Position numbers and translations under genes: made by a program
The notes under the pieces: model-generated
What the model was told of the DNA's origin: nothing
The model's input: the letters and a program-made list of their open reading frames with translations, nothing else
Database searches by the model: none
In this document: piece after piece, positions 40,233-47,094 of the stretch
Layout of the letters: the number at the start of each line of letters is the position of its first letter
Position numbering within the stretch: the first letter of the stretch is position 1
Assembly (NCBI GenBank): GCA_017559855.1
Contig: JAFYQP010000040.1
Location: forward strand, 1 to 54,328
Origin: Clostridia bacterium
Lineage (GTDB): Bacteria > Bacillota > Clostridia > Oscillospirales > JAAYXM01
DNA: 54,328 nucleotides
Direction of reading: 5' to 3'

Positions 40233-40460
40233 CTAAAAAATTTTTCTTAAAATTGCAAAGAGCAAAAGCAAAACAATTGCCGCTCCGCAAACCTTTGCAA
40301 GAGTTATCATAATTTCAAAACCGGTAATCCAACGAAGAAGCAGAAATGCAATTGAGGCAACGATGGACGTAAGAACAAGTTTTGAAACAACTCCACCGTC
40401 CTCTGCAATGCAAGATACCGCACCAATGATAATGGCAATGACAATTACTACATAAATCAT
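40233..40460 (-). CDS. 75-aa two-TM membrane protein
   Basis: MIYVVIVIAIIIGAVSCIAEDGG...LLLLFAILRKIF, with an AAGGGGG RBS. Confidence 0.6.
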   Translation of the reverse strand: MIYVVIVIAIIIGAVSCIAEDGGVVSKLVLTSIVASIAFLLLRWITGFEIMITLAKVCGAAIVLLLLFAILRKIF

Positions 40461-40482
40461 AGGAAAAGAACCCCCTTAATTT

Positions 40483-40743
40483 TTATTTTTCTGTATTTTC
40501 TTTTATTATCCTTCTTATTGTTTTCTCTGAATAGTTATACTTTATGGCGAGAGATTTGATATTTGTACCGTCATATTCTGCTATAATATTTTTTCGTGTG
40601 CATACGGGATTGAAGAACCTTACGGGAAAACAAATCTGCTGTCCTTTGAATAACTTATACATATCCATAGCGATATCCATACCCAAGTTGTCCGCTATTT
40701 CCTTGTATACCGCATTTAAAAGTTCTGATCCGTTTTTTGCCAT
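40483..40743 (-). CDS. Mor-like (phage Mu Mor / CD3324-type) HTH regulator
   Basis: GAGGTG RBS with ATG at 40743 or 40749. The sequence ...LYKLFKGQQICFPVRFF...EYDGTNIKSLAIKYNYSEKTIRRIIKE fits the Mor transcription activator family. The longer ORF up to 40962 has no RBS. Confidence 0.65.
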   Translation of the reverse strand: MAKNGSELLNAVYKEIADNLGMDIAMDMYKLFKGQQICFPVRFFNPVCTRKNIIAEYDGTNIKSLAIKYNYSEKTIRRIIKENTEK

Positions 40744-40865
40744 ACGCATCACCTCATTGTCAAATTCTAGCAGATTGTGCCGCTTAAGTATAATCTTAAT
40801 GTCCTTGCGTTTGTCCTGTGGGAAAATATCTTTTACAACAATATAGTAAAAAAAGGGAGGGACAA

Positions 40866-42206
40866 ATGTATGTCCTTTTGAAAAAGTTTTCGGATGTGGA
40901 AATGTTAAAAATTTTGTGGTATAATGTAGAAAACACAGAGGAGGTGAACACGGTGGCGGCATATAGTGAACTTATAAAGAATTTCGAGAAAATACGAAAT
41001 TATATGCGTGAGTTTTACATCTACGGCTTTAAAAGCAGGGATGAATACGACAGAAAAAGTGCGAGGTCATATGATGACGAAAAAAGACGAATGGAGAGTT
41101 GGCTTGGCGACTATATGAATTTCGTCCGCACACCTGACGGCAAAAACGTGTTCATTTCCATTGATAGCCGTGTTTCAAAACACAACCCGTTCTACCGTGC
41201 ACTTAAGGCAAAGAGTTTTACCGACAGGGACATAACTCTGCACTTTATTTTATTTGACATTTTAAGTTCCTCTGATATTTCGCTTACCTTGCCGGAAATA
41301 ATTGCCGGAACGGAGAAATACTTGTCACGATTTGAATGTCAGATGGAATTTGACGAGTCTACGGTAAGGAAAAAACTTAAAGAGTACGCATCACTAGGCA
41401 TAATTATTTTGGAAAAAGACGGGAAAAAAGCACGGTATCGCAGAGCAGAAGAGGTTGAGTTGCCGGACATTACCGATTTATTAAATTTCTATTCCGAGGT
41501 TCTACCTTGTGGTGTAATCGGCTCTTTCCTTCTCGATAAGCAGGAGGAGAGTGAAAGCAATTTCACCTTCAAACACCACTATATGACCTCTGCGATAGAT
41601 AGTAACGTCTTATGTGCACTTTTTCTTGCAATGCGGGAAAAGAGGATTATCACGGCATACAATTTAAGTCGCCATGCGGAAGAGGCGACTAAGGTGCGGC
41701 TCATTCCTTTGCGTATTCTCATTAGCGTCCAGAACGGACGCCAACATCTTCTTGCATATCAACCTGAGTACAATACGATTAAAACATTCCGTGTCGACTA
41801 CTTATCCGAGGTAACTCTTGAAGAGGTATCACCGAGATTTGATGAACTGAGACAAGAGCTCCACGATATGGAGCCGATGATGTGGGGCGTTACCGCAAAG
41901 AAAAAACTTCACGGGGAACATAATATTCAAAACGTGGAATTTACCATTAAGATAGGTGACGATGAGGAATATATCATACGTCGTTTAGAGCGGGAAAAGA
42001 GAGTGGGGCAGGTTATCAAAGTAGATGACAATACCTACCGTTTCGTTGCCAAAGTGTATGATACAAGCGAAATGATACCATGGATACGCACCTTTATCTG
42101 CAGAATTACCAACCTTGAGTTCTCCAACAAAAATTTTGAAAATCAATTTAAAAGTGACGTTGAAGAAATGTATCGTATATACGGAATTGAGGAGGTGGAG
42201 GTATGA
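40866..42206 (+). CDS. WYL-domain transcriptional regulator (long paralog)
   Basis: N-terminal wHTH-type region (YSELIKNFEKIRNYMREFYIYGFKSRDEY). WYL domain (RLIPLRILISVQNGRQHLLAYQPEYNTIKTFRVDYLSEV). Start is the ATG at 40866 (GGAGG followed by 5 nt) or the GTG at 40953 (GAGGAGG followed by 9 nt). Confidence 0.8.
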   Translation: MYVLLKKFSDVEMLKILWYNVENTEEVNTVAAYSELIKNFEKIRNYMREFYIYGFKSRDEYDRKSARSYDDEKRRMESWLGDYMNFVRTPDGKNVFISIDSRVSKHNPFYRALKAKSFTDRDITLHFILFDILSSSDISLTLPEIIAGTEKYLSRFECQMEFDESTVRKKLKEYASLGIIILEKDGKKARYRRAEEVELPDITDLLNFYSEVLPCGVIGSFLLDKQEESESNFTFKHHYMTSAIDSNVLCALFLAMREKRIITAYNLSRHAEEATKVRLIPLRILISVQNGRQHLLAYQPEYNTIKTFRVDYLSEVTLEEVSPRFDELRQELHDMEPMMWGVTAKKKLHGEHNIQNVEFTIKIGDDEEYIIRRLEREKRVGQVIKVDDNTYRFVAKVYDTSEMIPWIRTFICRITNLEFSNKNFENQFKSDVEEMYRIYGIEEVEV

Positions 42207-43108
42207 TTTTTAACGAAATATACTCCGCCTATTACAACGCGGTTGCAAAGATAATAGCAAAGGTGCTGGAGGGCAAGTGTGATGACCGTGAACTTGGGAA
42301 AATCGTCGCACGGTATGCCTTTGGGGAGAGCGTGATAACTCTTTTGCCATCTCTTAAAAGTGAAAAGTGGAAACTTATCACAAAAGATATGAAAACACCC
42401 ATAAAGAAAAAACCCACTATGCCCCTTACCGATATTCAGAAAATGTGGCTCAAGGCGGTGCTGGAGGATCCTCGCATAAAACTTTTTGATGTTCAAATTC
42501 CCGCCCTTTCCGATGTGGAGCCGCTTTTTACTCCGGAGGATTACAGAGTGTACGATAAATATTCAGACGGCGATCCGGTTGAGGATGAAGAATATATAAA
42601 ACATTTCCGTACAATTCTGTGTGCGATTAAGAACGGGCGTAACGTGAAAATCGAAATGACAAGTCGAAAAGGCAAGGAGATATACGTAAGATGTAAGCCG
42701 ATTTGTATTGAATACTCGGAAAAAGATGATAAATTCCGTGTAATTACAACCGGCTGCCCCTTCGTAAAAACCATAAACGTCGCACGTATCACAAAGTGTA
42801 ATTTATATAGCGGTGATGACGTTAGAGAAGTCGAGACGGTCGATGAAAGTTATGAAACGTTAACTTTAAAGGTGCGAGATGAACGCAACGCACTTGAGAG
42901 ATGTATGCTTCATTTTGCCCATTTCGAGAAGCGGGCGGAGCGTGTGGGAGAGGATTATCTTGTACATATTAAATTTAATAAAGATGATGAACCGGAAATG
43001 GTAATTCGTGTTCTCTCCTTTGGACCGATGGTGGAAGCGGTTGCGCCGCAAGACTTTCGCGAAAAAATAATAGATAAATTAAAAAAACAAAAAATCTGCG
43101 GACTTTGA
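42203..43108 (+). CDS. WYL-domain protein (short paralog)
   Basis: ATGA overlap with the upstream WYL gene. WYL core (VKIEMTSRKGKEIYVRCKPICIEYSEKDDKFRVI...INVARITKC). C-terminal extension LSFGPMVEAVAPQDFREKI. Confidence 0.8.
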   Translation: MIFNEIYSAYYNAVAKIIAKVLEGKCDDRELGKIVARYAFGESVITLLPSLKSEKWKLITKDMKTPIKKKPTMPLTDIQKMWLKAVLEDPRIKLFDVQIPALSDVEPLFTPEDYRVYDKYSDGDPVEDEEYIKHFRTILCAIKNGRNVKIEMTSRKGKEIYVRCKPICIEYSEKDDKFRVITTGCPFVKTINVARITKCNLYSGDDVREVETVDESYETLTLKVRDERNALERCMLHFAHFEKRAERVGEDYLVHIKFNKDDEPEMVIRVLSFGPMVEAVAPQDFREKIIDKLKKQKICGL

Positions 43109-43127
43109 TAGTTCGCAGATTTTTTTC
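43095..43127 (+). terminator. intrinsic terminator after the WYL pair
   Basis: TCTGCGGA(43095-43102)/TTCGCAGA(43112-43119) followed by T8. It overlaps the stop codon. Confidence 0.8.
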
Positions 43128-43165
43128 CGTGAAAAAGGAAAAATGAGGTAGTAAAATAGCATCAT

Positions 43166-43790
43166 AAGGCACAGACAGCAAAAACATTTTGCACAAGTAT
43201 TCAGAACTACTTAAAAATGTGCCTTGTAAAAGGTGCGTACAGCAAACCAATCATACGTTTGAGGGGCGTACACGATGACGGGAGGTGTCTCCCGCATTGC
43301 ACCTTGACAATTTAATAAAAGCATTTTTTAAAGGTGCCCGCAGCAAACCACAAATGAAATTATTATGGAGAAATGGCACCTTGTTAAGCCCCCGTCCGAC
43401 ACCTGGACGGAAATTTAAGGCACATACAGCAAAAATACATAGCATCCGACTTCTAATCGGTTGAGCTGTTGGGGAGCCTTTCCCCTCCTATTGTTAATGT
43501 GCCTTGCACAGACTCTTGCCATAGGCTTTAAGGGCTTAAGGCCTCGGGGCAAGAGTTTCTGATGTATACAAACACCGTTTTTCTCATAGATAACGGTGAG
43601 TAAAGACGTCAACCGCAAAAACGATTCTCAACTGCTTCGGTCCTTATGGGACAATCGGAGCAAGACCAAACTGCGGGGGAAATTTTCTCGTGTTTGGGAA
43701 ATATGGCGTCTTGTAAAATAAAAAGGCACGAACAGCAACATTAAGTTTTGATTGGAAGAAACAGGGCACTGAAAATGCCCACGTGCCTTG
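43166..43790 (+). ncRNA. candidate structured RNA(s): five tandem Y-RNA-like stem-loop modules plus extra hairpins
   Basis: The closing helices are AAGGCACA/TGTGCCTT (43166-73/43218-25), AAGGTGC/GCACCTT (43230-36/43299-305), AAGGTGCC/GGCACCTT (43331-38/43375-82), AAGGCACAT/ATGTGCCTT (43417-25/43497-505) and AAGGCACG/CGTGCCTT (43723-30/43782-89). They covary. Each 5' arm is followed by a conserved CAGCAA. No ORF in the region has an RBS. Confidence 0.6.
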
Positions 43791-43835
43791 AATTTTGTTT
43801 ATTAATAATTTTTTATATGTAAAGGAGTGAGTTTC

Positions 43836-45302
43836 ATGTTACAATATTTGAAACAGGAAGCAAACAAAACATTAACTGAAAACGGCGCACAAACCAACAT
43901 CAGCACATTGTCTGACTGTCTTGATTTGTTTGCCACCATTGGTGCTCTTCGACACGCAAACGATGATGAAATCCGTACCCGCTTTATCCGTGCATACGCA
44001 GAGGATAAGGATATTGCCATGAAACTTTTGTTTTATGCACGTGATGTCCGAGGCGGTTTGGGTGAACGTCACGTGTTCCGCACAATCCTTAAGTGGCTTG
44101 CGGAAAACCATCCCGAATCCGTGCGTAAAAACCTTCCTTTTATTGCAGAGTATGGTCGCTTTGACGATCTTATGGTATTGTTCGGTACTCCCGTTGAGCG
44201 TGAGATGCTTGAACTTATCGACTCTCAACTTGAGAAAGACTTTGACGCAATGGCAGAGGGCAAGGAGATATCTCTTCTTGCAAAATGGCTTCCCTCCGTG
44301 AACGCCACCAACCGTGCAACCGTAGCGAGAGCGAAGAAGGTTCGCGATTTCCTCGGCATGAACGACCGAGAGTACCGCAAACTTTTATCCCGTCTTCGTG
44401 CACATATCCGCATAATCGAGAATAATCTTCGTGAGCGTGACTACACCTTCGATTACGAAAAACAGCCCTCCAAGGCGATGTTTAAGTATCGCAAGGCATT
44501 TGCACGTAATGACGGCGATCGTTATGCCGAGTTTTTAGAGCGTGTAAATCACGGTGAGGCAAAACTCAACACAGGTACTCTTATGCCCTATGAGATCATC
44601 ACCCCGTTTTTCAAACGGTATGTAGATGAGAAGGAGGAAAATGCCATCAATACCACTTGGTATGCCCAAGAGGATTTTGGCACAAACGAGAATGCTCTTG
44701 TAGTCGTGGACGGCTCCGGTTCCATGCACGCAGGTAATGAACCGCTTCCCATAATCGTTGCATTGTCCCTTGGCATTTACGTTGCTGAGCGAAACACAGG
44801 TTTATTCAAAAACCACTTCATTACTTTCTCCAGAACACCGCAACTTGTTGAAATCAAGGGCGATACAATTCTTGAAAAGTTACGATATTGCATTACTTTC
44901 AATGAGGTTGCCAATACTAATGTTGAGAAGGTTTTTAAATTGATTCTTGACACCGCAGTAAAGAATAATCTTCCGCAGGAAGAACTTCCTGCAAGAATAT
45001 ACATCATTTCCGATATGGAATTTGATTGTTGTACGGAAGATGCAGATACTACCAATTTCGAGTGTGCCAAGAAATTGTTTGAAGAAGCGGGTTATCGCCT
45101 TCCCGAAGTTGTTTTCTGGAACGTGAATAGCCGCAATCGTCAGCAACCGGTTACCCGTAATGAGCAGGGTGTTTACCTTGTGTCCGGTTGCACACCAAGA
45201 TTGTTTGCAATGATTGCAAACAACCGTGTTGATGAAATAACACCGTATAAGTTTATGCTTGACACATTGGGTGCTGAGCGATATAAAAATATAGTAGCAT
45301 AG
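43836..45302 (+). CDS. DUF2828-family protein (Ro60/TROVE-like N-region + vWA/MIDAS C-domain)
   Basis: AAAGGAG followed by 8 nt precedes the ATG at 43836. Has LTENGAQT...LDLFATIGALR and ARDVRGGLGERHVFR (as I recall for DUF2828). MIDAS-like VVVDGSGSM...ISDMEF. The family call is from memory, not from a search. Confidence 0.65.
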   Translation: MLQYLKQEANKTLTENGAQTNISTLSDCLDLFATIGALRHANDDEIRTRFIRAYAEDKDIAMKLLFYARDVRGGLGERHVFRTILKWLAENHPESVRKNLPFIAEYGRFDDLMVLFGTPVEREMLELIDSQLEKDFDAMAEGKEISLLAKWLPSVNATNRATVARAKKVRDFLGMNDREYRKLLSRLRAHIRIIENNLRERDYTFDYEKQPSKAMFKYRKAFARNDGDRYAEFLERVNHGEAKLNTGTLMPYEIITPFFKRYVDEKEENAINTTWYAQEDFGTNENALVVVDGSGSMHAGNEPLPIIVALSLGIYVAERNTGLFKNHFITFSRTPQLVEIKGDTILEKLRYCITFNEVANTNVEKVFKLILDTAVKNNLPQEELPARIYIISDMEFDCCTEDADTTNFECAKKLFEEAGYRLPEVVFWNVNSRNRQQPVTRNEQGVYLVSGCTPRLFAMIANNRVDEITPYKFMLDTLGAERYKNIVA

Positions 45303-45343
45303 AGAGGGGTTCTACCTCTTTGTGTATGAAAGGAATGATATCT

Positions 45344-46552
45344 ATGATGGAAATTAAGGGTAAGTACAATACCGCCATTTGTTATACTCAAGAGGTTGAA
45401 CCAAACGCATACACCCAGATAGAGTCTGTCTGTAACGAAGAGGCTTTTTCAAAGTCCAAGATACGCATTATGCCGGACGTTCACGCAGGTAAGGGCTGCA
45501 CCATAGGTACCACGATGACCATTGTTGATAAGGTGGTGCCCAATATGGTTGGTGTGGACATCGGTTGCGGTATGTATACGGTTAACTTGGGCAAGGTGGA
45601 TATTGACCTTGAAGCCTTTGATGCCGCAGCACATACCATACCCTGCGGCCGAGATGTGTGGCCGGGCCGTGTTGCACGATTTGATCTGACCGCCCTCCGA
45701 TGTTACCGTGAATTAAAGGATACCCGACGTTTAGTGCGTAGTTTGGGTACCTTAGGTGGCGGTAACCACTTTATTGAAATTGACGTGGACGAAGAGGGTA
45801 ATAAGTATCTTGTAATACACTCCGGCAGCCGAAATTTAGGTACTCAGGTTGCAAATTATTATCAGCAACTAGCCGTGGAGTTGAATCGAGGCAAGGAGGA
45901 ATATTTCCGCAAATGTGATGAAGTAATCCGTACATACAAGGAGCAGGGCAAGCGATCAGAGATTGAGAAAACGCTCAAGCAGTTAAAGCGAGAGTGGAAG
46001 GCAAAAGAGCCGACCATGCCATATGAATTATGCTATTTATACGGCGAATTTATGGAGGATTATCTGCACGATATCAATATTTGTCAGCAATTTGCCAAGT
46101 TAAACCGTGAGACAATGGCGAACATACTGCTCACAAAGACAGGCTTTACCGCACAGGACACTTTCCAAACAATTCATAACTATATTGACGTGGATGAGAT
46201 GATTTTGCGTAAGGGCTCCGTATCCGCAAAAGCGGGTGAGAAGTTGCTTATCCCGATTAATATGCGTGACGGTAGTTTGGTTTGTATCGGTAAGGGCAAT
46301 CCGGAGTGGAATTTCTCCGCACCGCACGGTGCAGGCCGACTGATGTCACGTTCCACCGCACAAGAGCAACTCACAATGGAGGAGTATAAAAAGCAGATGG
46401 AGGGTATCTACACCACCTGCGTAAATACCGCAACATTGGACGAGTCACCTATGGCGTATAAGAATATGGAAGATATCGTTGCCAATATTCAGCCTACCGC
46501 GGAAATTATCGCCCATATCAAGCCTATTTACAATTTCAAAGCGTCAGAGTAG
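45344..46552 (+). CDS. rtcB: RtcB family RNA 3'-phosphate/2',3'-cyclic-phosphate ligase
   Basis: IRIMPDVHAGKGCTIGT, GVDIGCGM, GGGNHFIEI and PHGAGR motifs (metal and GMP-His sites). ATG at 45344 or 45347. Confidence 0.88.
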   Translation: MMEIKGKYNTAICYTQEVEPNAYTQIESVCNEEAFSKSKIRIMPDVHAGKGCTIGTTMTIVDKVVPNMVGVDIGCGMYTVNLGKVDIDLEAFDAAAHTIPCGRDVWPGRVARFDLTALRCYRELKDTRRLVRSLGTLGGGNHFIEIDVDEEGNKYLVIHSGSRNLGTQVANYYQQLAVELNRGKEEYFRKCDEVIRTYKEQGKRSEIEKTLKQLKREWKAKEPTMPYELCYLYGEFMEDYLHDINICQQFAKLNRETMANILLTKTGFTAQDTFQTIHNYIDVDEMILRKGSVSAKAGEKLLIPINMRDGSLVCIGKGNPEWNFSAPHGAGRLMSRSTAQEQLTMEEYKKQMEGIYTTCVNTATLDESPMAYKNMEDIVANIQPTAEIIAHIKPIYNFKASE

Positions 46553-46582
46553 ATTTTGACGAAAAAAGTAGACAAAAAATAT

Positions 46583-46644
46583 CCCCCGATGTATAATAAA
46601 CAAGAAATACGCAAGGTTTATTATACATACGGGGGTATTTTTTT
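46583..46644 (+). terminator. long imperfect hairpin + T-run between rtcB and the YbjN-like gene (terminator and RBS sequestration)
   Basis: CCCCCGATGTATAATAAAC(46583-46601)/GTTTATTATACATACGGGGG(46616-46635) followed by a T-run that reaches the ATG at 46645. The only RBS-like GGGGG sits in the 3' arm. Confidence 0.6.
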
Positions 46645-47055
46645 ATGTCAGATTTCATAAAACTTTTTACAGATAAACTAGAAGAACAGGAGATTTGGTA
46701 TACCGCCATTGATAAAAATATTATAAAGGTTAATATGAGTGGTGAGAACAAGAAAGACTTTCCCGTATATGTTGTGTTTGACAGCGAGGGACTTCCCATT
46801 GTTCAATTTAAATGTTGGGACATTGTGAGTTTCACGGGCAAAGAGGCATTGGGAATAGTAATGTGTAACAGTATGAACAAACTATACAGATGGGTAAGGT
46901 TCTACTTAGACGATACCGCAAGCGTAATTGTTGACACGGATACATACGTTGAGGAGAACACCTGCGGTGAGGCTTGTCTTAATCTGTTGCAAAAAATGGC
47001 AAGTATTATTGATGACGCCTATCCTGCACTTGCCTGTGCCGTATTGAAGAAATAA
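46645..47055 (+). CDS. YbjN-like (putative sensory transduction regulator / chaperone-fold) protein
   Basis: 136 aa. The overall pattern (…YTAIDKNIIKVNMSGENKKDFPVYVVFDSEG…VRFYLDDTASVIVDTD) resembles the YbjN family. Moderate confidence, from memory. Confidence 0.55.
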   Translation: MSDFIKLFTDKLEEQEIWYTAIDKNIIKVNMSGENKKDFPVYVVFDSEGLPIVQFKCWDIVSFTGKEALGIVMCNSMNKLYRWVRFYLDDTASVIVDTDTYVEENTCGEACLNLLQKMASIIDDAYPALACAVLKK

Positions 47056-47085
47056 AAAAACCCCCCAAGTTGAACTTGGGGGGTT
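47054..47085. terminator. bidirectional terminator (stronger for gdhA on the minus strand)
   Basis: CCCCCCAAGT(47061-70)/ACTTGGGGGG(47074-83), preceded by A7 on the plus strand, which is a U-run on the minus strand. Confidence 0.8.
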
Positions 47086-47094
47086 ATGTATAAT

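Noticed and set aside
40750-40962. Long N-terminal extension of the Mor-like ORF (40483..40962) and the ATG/GTG ambiguity of WYL1
   Set aside because: The extension (MPPPCSPPLCFLHY...) has no RBS and overlaps the divergent WYL1 start region. An internal start with GAGGTG gives the standard ~87-aa Mor-like size. The WYL1 start is left ambiguous (40866 or 40953).
43166-43790. Whether the five repeated units could be a CRISPR array or protein-coding (ORFs 43251..43445 and 43415..43618 on the minus strand)
   Set aside because: The repeated elements are short inverted arm pairs (7-9 nt) enclosing interiors of variable length. They are not 24-40 nt direct repeats with uniform spacers, and no cas genes are present. 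The small ORFs lack an RBS and run antisense through the stems.
38225-47085. Calling the whole tRNA-to-gdhA interval an intact prophage or integrative island
   Set aside because: I recognised no integrase, recombinase, capsid/terminase or conjugation genes. The att-like repeats bound only 38263-39485, so the WYL/RtcB locus lies outside them. I describe it only as accessory-looking and adjacent to a hotspot.
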